Part shown: in pieces, positions 14,467-27,800 of the stretch
Layout of the letters: every line of letters starts with the position of its first letter
Numbering within the stretch: the stretch's first letter is position 1
Assembly: GCF_001186125.1 (NCBI RefSeq)
Contig: NW_014040279.1
Span: forward strand, 50,246-95,922
DNA: 45,677 nt
Direction: 5' to 3'
Origin: Sphaeroforma arctica JP610
Lineage: Eukaryota
Made by a program: the position numbers and the translations under genes
Notes under the pieces: model-generated
Database searches by the model: none
What the model was told of the DNA's origin: nothing
What the model saw: the letters and a program-made list of their open reading frames with translations, nothing else

Positions 14467-15727
14467 ATGAAATTCACAAACGTGAACAATGTAAAGGTAT
14501 ACAATGTCAACACCGGCAAAAGTGTACCAGAATGGTTAACTGACCGCAAGAAGCGAGCATTAGTAAAAAAAGATGTAGATCTACAACAACGTGTACAGCT
14601 CATACAAGACTTCGATATGCCTACAGCAGCCACTCGCATCAAGATGTCGAGGGATCAGCAGTATTTGATGGCGTCGGGTGTATATAAGCCGAAACTCAAG
14701 TGTTTCGAGACCGCTGAACTGGGTATGAAGTTTGAACGTAGTTTGGACTGTGAGATCGTACAATTCCAGATATTAAGTGATGACTTCAGGAAAGTTGTGT
14801 TTCTGGAAGCTGATAGATATGTCGAATTCCACGCACATTTTGGACGCTACTTCAAAACGAGGATACCTGCACATGGACGAGATATGTCATATCATAGGTA
14901 GGTATTCAATACACAACACTGCGAATTTACGCTTTACTTCTAATGTGAAGTTGATCTATATATATATANNNNNNNNNNNNNNNNNNNNNNNNNNNNNNNN
15001 NNNNNNNNNNNNNNNNNNNNNNNNNNNNNNNNNNNNNNNNNNNNNNNNNNNNNNNNNNNNNNNNNNNNNNNNNNNNNNNNNNNNNNNNNNNNNNNNNNNN
15101 NNNNNNNNNNNNNNNNNNNNNNNNNNNNNNNNNNNNNNNNNNNNNNNNNNNNNNNNNNNNNNNNNNNNNNNNNNNNNNNNNNNNNNNNNNNNNNNNNNNN
15201 NNNNNNNNNNNNNNNNNNNNNNNNNNNNNNNNNNNNNNNNNNNNNNNNNNNNNNNNNNNNNNNNNNNNNNNNNNNNNNNNNNNNNNNNNNNNNNNNNNNN
15301 NNNNNNNNNNNNNNNNNNNNNNNNNNNNNNNNNNNNNNNNNNNNNNNNNNNNNNNNNNNNNNNNNNNNNNNNNNNNNNNNNNNNNNNNNNNNNNNNNNNN
15401 NNNNNNNNNNNNNNNNNNNNNNNNNNNNNNNNNNNNNNNNNNNNNNNNNNNNNNNNNNNNNNNNNNNNNNNNNNNNNNNNNNNNNNNNNNNNNNNNNNNN
15501 NNNNNNNNNNNNNNNNNNNNNNNNNNNNNNNNNNNNNNNNNNNNNNNNNNNNNNNNNNNNNNNNNNNNNNNNNNNNNNNNNNNNNNNNNNNNNNNNNNNN
15601 NNNNNNNNNNNNNNNNNNNNNNNNNNNNNNNNNNNNNNNNNNNNNNNNNNNNNNNNNNNNNNNNNNNNNNNNTTGTTGTGTGTGTTTGTATTTATTTACA
15701 TATATAAATAGTATACACACAGATATA

Positions 15728-15758
<31 letters not shown>

Positions 15759-18700
15759 CGTGTTTGGGTGTATAAGAACTGGTCATCATTTCTTATATCT
15801 GTTCTCTCTTTCATTTGTTTTGCTTTCTCCCAGACACTCACTACCTACTCATATCCCCTTTGTGCTTTACTTCGTAGTTGGTGTTTCTCATTACGTAGTC
15901 TACTGTATCTGGTATTTCGTATCTTTTGCTTTAAGGTTATCGTTCTGGCTTAACAATCATCGTACTGACATTGTCGGCTCTTTTTTCAATGATACTCTAC
16001 CTTATAGTGGTTCATGTGATCTATATCTCTGTGGGTCGTCACCTGATCTATGGAGATTAAATCTGGAGTCGGGGCGATTCATGGCCCCGCTGAGAGGCAA
16101 AGGCAAAGAATATAACGTTGTCAAAATCAGTCCAGCTCACCAACTTATAAGTAAGTAACCTATGTATTGCTGCTTCAATTATAATATATATATATATACT
16201 GGCTTGTAGTTTGTATGTACTCTACTGGCCATGGAATTCTGTAGGACGGTGTACAACCGAATATCGGTCATCGATCGTTGTCAGAGAGCGTAAAACCTTG
16301 TATTCCCGCACAACCCCCCTTCCCCCCCCCGAACACTCACACACATAGTCAATCTCTCAACAGTAAGACTGTTCCCATTTTACATATCTCTGTGCTCAGT
16401 CTCTTCATATCACTTATTATTAAAGGTCATTTTTTACACTCACTCATCAACTACAACAGCGTCGGGATCTACTACTGGCGGTGTGGAGGTTTGGGACCCG
16501 CGCACAAAGGAGTTAGCGTCGGGTCTGCGCTTGCCCATGGAGGACAATCAGACGGAGGAGGTAACCGCTTTGCGGTACAGCGACGACGGTATAAAGATGG
16601 CGGTAGGCACAAGCGGCGGCATGGTGTACATGTACGACATCCGATCAGACAAGCCGTTTGTGGTGAAGGACCATCAGGTATGGTGTGAGTGGGCTCTACG
16701 ATAGAGTTTCGAGAGTGTACGACTGGGATGTGTACTTCCTTGCCAAGACGTCTACATGCAATTAGCATATTGTAGTATGATATTTTGCGTCAGCGTCTAT
16801 GTCTGTGTCTGCATCTATGTCTGTATCTCTTTTTGTGTTTGTGTCTTTGTTTGTGTCTGTGTCTGTGTATATGCCTCAATCTCGGTTCTACTTCTCCTAG
16901 CATCGCCTTCCCGGTATTAGTCTCAATTATTCACTGTTTGTACCATCTCGTCTGCACTTATACCAGCACTCCTACCAGTTGATAGTCCTCAATTATTCAC
17001 TGTTTGGCACTTATACTATCTCGTCTTCACTGCTACCATCTCGTGAGCACTTCTACGGCACGTTTACCCGATATTAGTCCTCAACTATTTCTTGATTGTA
17101 CCGTCTCGTCTCCCCTTCTACCAGTACGGCTATCCAATATTAGACCTCAAATTCCACTCGTCCAAACGAGTGCTGTCCACTGATAAGCGGGTGATTAAAA
17201 TTTGGGATGAAACCGATGGCGAGAACTACACAGCCATAGAATCACAGCACGACATCAATGACACGTGTGTGGCCAATGACTCAGGTCTTATCATGACAGC
17301 CAACGAGGGCTCGGATATGCAAGCCTTCTTCATCCCCGATCTTGGTCCAGGTATATATATATATATATATATGTGTGCGTGCGTGCGTGCGTGCATGCGT
17401 GTATGTATGTATGTGTGTGTGTGTATGTATGTATGTGTCTATGTACCTACGTAATGTGGGTGTGTGAATTTTGTATACGTTCATGTGTATAAGTTGTGTG
17501 TATGTATGTATCTACGTACGTACGTCTGTAGGTATCTACGTATGTATGTGTACGTATGTATGTGTATGTATATATGTGTCTTTTTGAGAGCGATAATAAA
17601 GATAAACTTTGTACGAGTTGATGTGTGCATCAAAATCGCGTATTTGCATCGTTGTGTGTACGCTGGTGGCTGTACAAATGTGCAAGCCTAAGGGTATCAG
17701 TCTGTGTGCATCGTATACATATATGTGCTTGAGAGTGTGTGTACATTTTGATCGGGGCAGTCTCTTCTTTTCCCATGCGGATGTCGATTGCCAATACGTG
17801 CGTCTCCGTCCTTGAGCAAAATAAGATGCATGCGCCTGGTCCAAGGCATTTGTGAACTTTTGGCTGGACGTAGTACTCGCTTACTTATCAGTAGTAACCA
17901 ATTGTCATCTCACATAAACCCCCAGCGCCCAAGTGGTGCAACTTCTTGGATACGATATCAGAGGAGCTCGCACAAACGGACAATACAACTATATACGACG
18001 ACTACAAGGTATGCCCAAGCCCCCTGCCCTTTATCTTTAGTTTTGGGCTTGTGAGGTTCTCGTACTAGGCTTGGTTTCTGATGCACCTCTACCGCCTACG
18101 CTGCATTACATATTGTGCGTTGGCCGACACTACATGCATATAAATTATACGTACCTGTGCCTATGTCTACCTATGAGTTTGTTTAGTCATTGCTTGACCT
18201 GGTGTTACAGCTTGTCTCAGCTGTGGTCCGTCGTACCTTCCGTGTTGCGTATGAATGCGTGTCTTGTGTGTCCTGGTGTTACAGCTTGTCTCAGTTGTAT
18301 ACCTTCGACACCTTCGTGCCTCATAAGCTCCCCAGAAGCGCAGTGCACATAGTACGTGTGTGTGACTCGTGTATCGTATATAATCTGGTGAGAATAACAT
18401 CTGCCGTTTGTACCCAATACAAATCATAGTGCGACCTCTAGACAATTGGGAGTGATAAAGAGGGATATATGGTTCTTATATAGATTTAATTAATGGTCAA
18501 TTATCTACTTTGGCTCAAACTGAAATTTATGTTTAGGTATTTACTTTTATCAAACGCAAATTGTTTTAAAACATCTACCTTGATATTAATCGTATTTCTA
18601 TTCAAGTACCTGCCTGAATTGGAACCGAAATTTGTGTTTAGGTATTTACTTTTACAAAACGTAATTTATATTTGAAGTATCCATTTCAATATAAAACTTA

Positions 18701-19492
18701 CTTTATATCCAAGTAACATAATAAAACGTATTTTATTTCTAAGTCCCTACCTTAATATAGACCGTGATTCATATTCAACCCTCGGCCTTAATGTATAACG
18801 TAATTAATTGTTTACGTATTTACCTTACTTTGCATTAAACGTATCTGCCACAATTCAATCCTATTCTACACCACACCTTGCCAGTCTCAGAGTTGTAACC
18901 CATCTGCTATCCTCTCCTTTGACCACCCCCACAGTTCGTTAGTAAAATGGATCTGGAGACGCTTGGATTGTCCGATCTCATTGGCTCACGTCTGCTGCAG
19001 CCTTACATGCACGGATTCTACATGGATATGCGGTATGTACTTACAACTACAGTGTATGTGTGCTTGTTGGCACTAACATATACCTGTGTATGGAGTTGCG
19101 ACATGTACTTACAACGACAGTGTATGTGTGCTTGTTGGCACTAACATATACCTGTGTATGGAGTTGCGACATGTACTTACAACTACAGTGTATGTGTGCT
19201 TGTTGACGCTAACATATACCTGCGTATGGAGTTGCGATATGTACTTACAACTACAGTGTATGTGTGCTTGTTGGCGGTAACATATACCTGCGTATGGAGT
19301 TGCGATATGTACTTACAACTACAGTGTATGTGTGCTTGTTGGTACTAACATATACTCGTGTATGGAGTTGCGGCATGTATTTTCAACTACAATGCGTATA
19401 TGTGCTTGTTGGTACTATTCAGTATCTCTAAATATACTATACGTATGGATTTGCGACATACATTTCTATTTATATCTACATATTCATATATG

Positions 19493-19524
<32 letters not shown>

Positions 19525-21025
19525 CGGGTGTATATATACATAAATATATATATATATGCATGCATATAAATATATATATATATATATATGGTATTGTTAT
19601 ACAATACAGGTGTATCTGTATACCTTGAGCATATATGCATTCCTTATAGTATCTCTAATCAATGAGTACACCTTTCCTCATACAGGCTGTACCAGAAGGC
19701 CAAAGCGGCTGTGGATCCGTTCTCGTACAAAGACTACAGGAAAGAGGCTATCAAGAAGAAGATCAGCGACAAACGAGCCAACCGTATTGGTGTGGTGAAA
19801 AAGCTGCCCAAGGTCAATACAGACTATGCGAAGTTCTTGATACAGGAAGAAGCCAAGGGAGAGAGTGGCAAGAAGGATACGGTGAGTACATTGGATGTGT
19901 TATTTAAGTGTTGGTGTGTTGCACAAGCTTGGCCCAAGACCCGAAACATATTGTACGAAGTTATCGGTACTATAGATCAGTGTCGGGGAGGTCAAGAAAG
20001 ATGCAATACACAATTGTCCACATTATATATAAAGTGTTCAATGCCGAGTTTGGGCCGTGTATATCAGTGTGAGCCTTTATAAATGTAGATTGTTCATAAT
20101 TGCATAATATTGGCTGTAGGGGGGCGAGACAATTGCACAGAATTATTCTGTAGTACGCAGAAATAAAACATAACATGGCACGACATGACATGATGTGACA
20201 CGAAACGACATGACATGACATGACACGTCGCAGACAGAGGCTGACGTGGGTCAATTTCTCGCCGCTCTAATCGCGGTGGATATAGTTAACGTTATGTTCA
20301 CACTTATATAAGTTGGTCCTGCCGGCGTTTCTGCCACACATCCGAACTCACCACCCATCCCGATATGGAAATGCAGGAAATGGCGGGCAATGCGCTCAAG
20401 GACGACCGTTTCTCGTCGCTGTGGAGCAACCCAGAATACAGTGTGGATGCCACGAGTGAAGAGTTCAAGTATGTATCCCTGTGTGTTTGTGTGTTAGTGT
20501 TTGTTGTTTGTTGTCTGTGTGTTTGTATTTTGTGCGCTTCGTGTTTGTTGCTTGTGTGTTTGTGTTTTGTGCGCTTCGTGTTTGTTGCTTGTGTGTTTGT
20601 GTGTGCCCCGCAAGTCCAGCTCCGGACCGAATGTATGTATGTTGTTTGTTATCATATCAATGAATAGCCACGTTGCCATGTGCGCGTTTGTGTGTACTGT
20701 GAATACAGGTGTGGGGCATACGTATGCTGTCGTTCTCGTACCGCTGAATGGCCACTTGTCAGCGTTTGCGCGTGTATATCGAGTGTGTTTGCTACCAGTA
20801 TTTGGTACAAGCGATCTGTTGCGGCAGTTACTTGGCTCCTTGTGCGGCTGTACGCAGATACAATCAGTGACTGCTGCATTCAAGGAGCGTGTATGTGGGT
20901 TGTTGTTGCTGTTTGTGGTATATGGCTAATCAATCAAATGCATGATGCGCGTAGTCGTATCCATTGTGTGTGTATGTAGCCGATTCAACGAGTAGTGTAA
21001 TTATATATATCCAAATACACCCACA

Positions 21026-21066
<41 letters not shown>

Positions 21067-21084
21067 GTATATGTATATGTGTGT

Positions 21085-21116
<32 letters not shown>

Positions 21117-23448
21117 CCCTCAACCCTAAGCAGTCCTAGTGTAAACAAACATCAATTCACTGAAACTGCATTAGCTGATATAAATTTGCTTGGACCTGTT
21201 CAGATATGAATTATAATATACATACCCCATCGTATTCGATCAAATGTATTTTGTCACATTTTCTTGTGTGCATCGTGCAACCAGATGTACGTATATACCT
21301 ATCCAGTATATCACTGCAAAGCCATGAGGACTCGTGTCAAATACATTTGCAAACATACACATGCGTATCTGCATTTGTACTTCATACTCCACGGCGCTGT
21401 CATCTGCACACCCGTCACCCCAAGCTACCGGAGAATCGGTACAACATTAATCAGTACAACATTACTTCACGCCAATTGGTGAAGCATATGCATTTGCGCA
21501 CGCCTATGCAGATACATTTCATATCATCTCGCCAATTCACATCAACTGATGACTCAGATACATTGCCTTATATCTCTCCATGCGTAAGCTTGTCATACAC
21601 ATCCAGGAACATTTATATCCGAATCGGCACATGTAACTTATCCCTTACATTGCTGTATTTTTTAGGGCCCGTCACCCCAAGCTGGCTAAGAGTCAGTTCA
21701 ACGCCGAATCGATCAAATTGATTCAACAGAACGACGAAGAGGAAAGCGAACGCGATGGCAAGGGCAGTGACGAGTCATCCAGCGAAAGCGAGGAGGAGGA
21801 GGAAGTCAAGGCGCCTGTGAAGAAGGAAAAGGTGAGTATAATATATATATGTATATATGTGTGTGTAATGTATATATATATATATATTTATATTTAATGT
21901 TTGTATGTATGAATGTATATTGTATGCATGTATATGTATTATTATATATATATATACATATACATATATGTATGTTATTAAGTACAAGTATTGATAGGTT
22001 TGGGTTGGGGCAACGAATCAGCTTGCACGCATACTATGGTTGGATATTGACTATATATAGCATGTAGGTGAACACTGAAGTGACAAGTAGGTAAACCTTA
22101 CCGCAAGGAGTAACACGTTGAATATTCGTAGCACAGGCGTTATGTGCTGGTGGTGTTTGTTAGTGTTTGTCGGGGCCAGCAGAGGGCTTGTAGCGGTGGA
22201 TAGTATAGCTGTTTTGAGCATAGTAAAAGAGTTTTCGCACATGATTGTATTAGTATATACATATGCATGTACCTGGACTATAAGCTTTGAGATTACTTGC
22301 CTGGTCTGTAATGTCTTGTCCTTGCACCGAAAAAACAGGTAGCCGCGCCGCAGGTCAAGATGTACAAAACGAATGCGATTGGCGTTCAAACACGTGTCTG
22401 GATACTGTACCATCATATCACACATACATAATCATATGATCACGGACATTAATAAATAATCCGCATCGGATACTAACCTGGCCTATCCCCCCGATACAGA
22501 AAAAGAAGACAACCGCGCCGCAAGTCAACATGTACGAAGTGAATGCGATCAACCACGAAAAGCGTCGCAAGGAGCGTAAGGTCATGCTGGGCAGTCGTGT
22601 GGACGAGGAAATGGGAGAAGTACGCACGCATGCTGCACACGTAGGAGGACGCTCGCATACGTTCAAGATGCATGAGAAGGTCGACCATGCCGCTGTGGAG
22701 AAGGAGAAGGTATGGTGTATATCTGTGTATATGACGAGGTATATATATATATATATACATATATATCTATATCTATATATATATATATGTATATCTTATT
22801 TATATCATATATATATATATATGGATTTACATTTGTGTATCTGTATCTATTAATATATATATATGTATGTGTGTGTGCGCATGTGCAGAAGTCTGTATAT
22901 TTTGTATAATGGGCTTGCACATATAGGAGGAAGCACATATGGTTTCAAAATGCACGAAAAGATTGTCCATGTCGTTGTGGAGAAAGAAAAGAGCATTGTG
23001 TATATCGGAGGGTAATGGATGCATGTACGAACACCTATGCTCTTTTGCATTTACTTGTAGTGGGTTTGTACACATATCTGTATGTATGAATCTGTAAATT
23101 TTTTGCTATGCGTGTCTGTGTATCCTTACGTAAACGCTGCATATACGAACGTGTACTCATGTTCAGTCTGTGTCTCTGTACATGTGTGGCTTTCTGTGTG
23201 TATGTGATTAAATTAAAGATTCAATTGTAATGAATTTATTTCTAAAACCCTTATGATAGGTCAGAATAATAAAAAGTCATGATTGACGTACCGCATGTAC
23301 ATATCAAGTCTACTAAATCTATTTATATCTCACATTACAGGCGAGGAAGGAGCATGTCAAAGAACGAGTGGACGCAAGACGGAGTGTCAAGACACTCAAT
23401 CTCAAGCGCAGAGGCCCTGTGTATTGGCGTGGCCAAAAAGTAGAATAG
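14467..23448 (+). CDS. NOL10: Nucleolar protein 10 (NOL10/Enp2), WD40 + NUC153, 40S biogenesis factor, 11 exons
   Basis: Exons 14467-14897, 16008-16150, 16460-16677, 17125-17350, 17926-18008, 18935-19032, 19686-19881, 20377-20468, 21666-21831, 22500-22709, 23341-23448 are phase-consistent. Motifs: NNVKVYNV...PEWL, VQLIQDFDMP, GVYKPK, RLNLESGRF, FIPDLGPAPKWCNFLD, IYDDYKFV, PYMHGF, DDRFSSLWSNPEY (NUC153). Confidence 0.95.
19033..19460. repeat. 68-bp tandem repeat, ~6 copies, starting at the NOL10 exon-6 donor
   Basis: Unit gtatgtacttacaactacagtgtatgtgtgcttgttggcactaacatatacctgtgtatggagttgcg. Confidence 0.92.
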
Positions 23449-23749
23449 GTGCAACTATGATCACAGCTGAAAGTTTGTTACATTGCAACCGAGCATTTGT
23501 GATGGAATAGAATATAAAATAAAAATTAGTGTGAACATTACGTATGACCACAGCTTGAAGCCTATTGTACTGCTACAACCAGGTATTTTGTGATACATAA
23601 ATTAGGACTTTTAGGATTGATCCGACAAAACGCCTTCACCGGATATCTGTATAAAAATATTCTTTTAGCCATGAATCAGTATATTGTTAGGAATGGTACC
23701 AATGGACGCAAAATGGGGGTTCCAAACTCTCAAACTCATGCGCAGCGGA

Positions 23750-24390
23750 CAATATACTGTTGGAATGGTTTATATACTGTTGGACTGATTTATCAATTTC
23801 GTAGGAATGGTTAATATATATTTTTGGAATGGTTCATAAATTGTAGGAACAGTATATGTAGTGTTGAAATGGTTCGTATATTGCAGGAATGGTTATACAC
23901 TGTTGTAGTGGTTTCCATATTATTGGAATGCTTTGAATAGTGCTGGAATGGATCATATATTGTAGAAACAGTTACTTTACTGTTAGAATGATATATATAT
24001 TGTAAGAATGATTTTATTTATACTGCTGGAATGGTTTATATTTTGTAGAAATGGATTATATACTCTTAGTATGGCTTATACAGAGTTGGAATGATTTATA
24101 TATTGTAATAATTGTCTATGTACTGCTTTGAATATCGTTGAAATGGTTTATTTACGGTTACTGGTTTATTTTCTGTACGAATGGTGTTAATATTCAATTG
24201 GAATGGTGTATGTATTGTAGGAGTGGTTAATATATTGTAGCAATAGTTTATATACTGTTGGCATGGCTAAATAATGTTGTAGGAACGGATTATATATCGT
24301 AGGAATGGTTTCTATACTTTTGGAATGGTTTATTTAGTGTTGGAATGGTTTTTCTATTGGTGTAATAGTTCGTATATATTGAATAAACTG
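23750..24390. repeat. Degenerate ~20-bp tandem array (tatatattgtaggaatggtt)
   Basis: Roughly 30 variants of ggaatggtt-tatata(c/t)tgt between two convergent gene ends. Confidence 0.8.
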
Positions 24391-24883
24391 TTAAAATGGT
24401 CTATATATTATGCAAGGCCAGGGGAAACTTGTGATGATTTTGCGATGTAAAATGTTGAAATGGGTTATATTTCGTAGACATCGTGAATGAGCTGTAAAAT
24501 GTTGGACTGCACAAAATTCAAACCTCGCCTGAACAACGATATGCAGCGACGATAACTCAAGACCGGTTTTCAAATTAATGACAATGATTAGATAATACTT
24601 TTAATCCCAAACCAGGTTTATATTTCAATATTTTACAGCGAGGACAAGGCTGTATTCTCCTCCAAGGGTAGATAGTAATAAAAGTACTACACTGCTACCG
24701 TCGCTCTCACTGCTTCTTCCATGACGTTGCGCTTCTAACAGCAATCGACATCCGGGAACGCCAGCACGACTAGAGGTCCAGTAAGATATGATCGTAAAAG
24801 CCGCCAACGCTCGCACGACTACATATCGTCCTACCTACACTATACATATATACCGTCTCTTCTAAGAACATAACTAGAGTCAC

Positions 24884-27800
24884 TTAGATCGCATCGGCCG
24901 CCCCTCTCGGTCTGGACGACGGGGTGAATGCGGGGTCAGTTCCAGTTCCATTCGACGAGTCAGTGCCAGTCTTATCTTTACCGCCCTTGCGCTTTGTGCT
25001 CTTTTTCGAACTCTTCCTGTCCTTTTTCAACATGATAATCGTACCCGCAGCCGGTGCCCCGGCACTCGAGGACACGTCGTCTTGCACAGGCGAGTCATGC
25101 GGCGAGAACGGTGACTTGGCCCCAGACAGCGACGCAGGCGAATCAGAACCATAGTTGCCGTTCTGCGCGTACGCATTGGGACCCGTTGACATGGGCCGTT
25201 GAGATGGCAGTGGCGCCCCAGACACCGGGCGAGGTGTGACGTTCAGGCTTTCCTGGCTGGAGGACATGCCACCCCCGAGCTTGCGCACGTTGAATGACAT
25301 AGGCGCGTCGTCGTTGTTGCTGATGTCCAGCGACGGTTCCGGGTGCGTTTCGGCCCCAATTTTCCCAGGGGAGGGCACATGCTCTGGGGACTTGCTGGTC
25401 TCATCTAGGTGGTCCTCCGCAAACGACGACGTGCGCGCCACCTCACTCTCTGCGTCGGAGATGTTGTCCTCCGAGTCGTCGCTGGTGTCACTGACCCCGG
25501 TCTTCTGCGCCTGGGACGGGGGGTATACGGGTGCGAACGGCAGGCTCTTGGGCAGATCGATACTCTGGTAATCCATGGGATCGTTCGCCAGCCTGGCCGT
25601 ACTACTGCCCTTCTCGGACTTGGCCATAAAGCGCGGGTGGATAGGCGCGACAGTAACGCCCTCGTTGCTGACATTGTCCTCATCAGTATCGCGCGTGTGC
25701 GCATTACTATTCAGCATAACACGTTGTGAGTCGTTGGTCTGGGGAGCTCTGTGCGTGCCCGCTGACGCTTGCGCCGCATTGTTGTGCATGTACATCGGAG
25801 ACGCGTGCTGGGCCATTCTCTTGCCCTCGTATTGCGCGAAGGCACCTCCACCCATGTCATTGATCTTCATATCTAGAGGCAGTCCGCGCTCCTTCAACAG
25901 CCTGTTGCGGCGGATGCGCATGTACACCACCGCAAACATCGTCGACAAGCCACAGCACACTAGCATGGCCAGACCAGTCAGGATACTCGAGTACATGATG
26001 ATATAGTCTGAGTTGATGTTTGCCTTGGGTTTGTTCTCCTCCGCATGTAGAGCCGCCTGTACCTCGAACTGGTTGACCTCAACGGACTCCCCAGTGCTCT
26101 CGGCCTTGTGTATACGCGATTCCTCCTCTAACAAGTCCTGCAGTGAATAGCTGACCCTTGAGGCAATCTCCAGTTCGCTTTCCGCTCGATCACCCTCCGA
26201 GTATGTGGTACCATCGCCCTGAGGTGTCTGCCGCGTGCTGATAGTGCGGCGTCGGCGTCGGCCTCCCTCGGCCGCGGCCATGCCGTACTCGACCGCAACG
26301 GTCCAGTACACAGCCATGTTCACAGCCGGGACACTGGGCGTTGCACAGGTCATGGGACCACTCAGCCCCACACTGACCCGGATACGTGGGTACTCCCCTT
26401 CACTGGCACTGAACTCCTGGTAGACCGTACTCATGTCACCCTCCTGCGGCGCCCATACCGCGTACCGGTCACAGTCACCAGTGGTAGTGCGTGTCACACC
26501 CACCACGCTGGCGTCAGCGATAGACAAACCAGTGTTGGTGGGCTCTAGGCTGATCTCGTAGTAGGCTGTGCCGCCTAACTCAAAGTCCGAGCTTTCTGCG
26601 GTGGTGGTGAAGTCCTCAAGCGTGTACCGCACCTGAGGAATGAACCCGGCACTGATATACAACTCCTCCTTCTCGCACATATTCGCCGTGGTAATGTGGA
26701 ACGTCACCTGCGTGCCGTTCACCTGGGTCGTGTTCGAGGGACACTCGACGGGGATGCTGGCCATCATATACGCGTGCGTCAGATCGCATCCAGCGATGTT
26801 GGTGGTGACTGTCTGCTGGCAGTACTCCTGGGTCAGATCCTCGCATGGCTCGCTGATAAGTTTCCATTCCCCGGGGATAGGGGCGGCATAGATACCTTCT
26901 TCAGAAAGTTCATCCGTGTATCCGAAGTATCCGACGTGCAGGTTGCCCCCTGCCATAGTCACGTCCACGGCACCGTTCACGTTGGTACCCGGCTGCTGCG
27001 TGAGAACGGCTGTGCCTGAAGTGCCGGGCACAACCACCTGGAAGCTGCCCATACGCACGCGGTCAAAGGTGAAGTGGCCCAGACCATTAGTGGAGGCGGC
27101 CCGCTCAGACCCATCGGCCATGTTCTTGAGGATCACCTGCACACCACTGGCGCCCTTGTTGTTGTTGGACTTCTTCAGACAGCCGCTGATCTGGTTGTTG
27201 CTGTCCTTGCGACTCTGTCCGGCGTAGCCGTAGGGCACATAGAAGACGTTGTGCACCAAGAAGTTCTCGTTCTCCACCAGCTCCACATTGATTAAGCCGT
27301 CATGGCCAAACCCTGTTGTGGAATCGCCATCCGACACCAGACCATAGGCGTCGGGCACATACTCAGCGACAGCAACGATGAAAGCTCCCGAGGAACCAGC
27401 AGGAATGGGGATGGTGTACCCACCGAATTCGTCAGTCACCGCAGCGCCCACAACGGCGCCGCTGCTATCCTTAAGCTGCAGAATAGGAGCGGAATAGAAA
27501 TAAAGAGAATGCGTCAGGATTTAATCCGCGGATATCAGGGCATACACTTCAATCCCTAGAAACTACTAAAATGTGTGATATCGTGATAAACAGTCGCCCC
27601 TATTCAGTGTTGAATAGAAACTCGCACAAAAAACCCACATCCTGGCATCAATCTATTGACTAACGGTTGAGAGAGTGTAACTTACCCCGACGGCTAAGTT
27701 CGGTACCCCTCCACCGCCGATAGTGCTGACGGCACGTCCTGATACAGAGTTGGTGGGTGCGATGACGAATTCAAGATACGCTGCATTGGAACCATCAGCC

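Noticed and set aside
14777..15789. Long ORFs of 332 and 277 aa
   Set aside because: Artefacts of reading through the N gap in NOL10 intron 1.
19086..21209. Cys/Val/Tyr/Ile-rich short ORFs
   Set aside because: Translations of intronic tandem repeats and (TG)n/(TA)n microsatellites.
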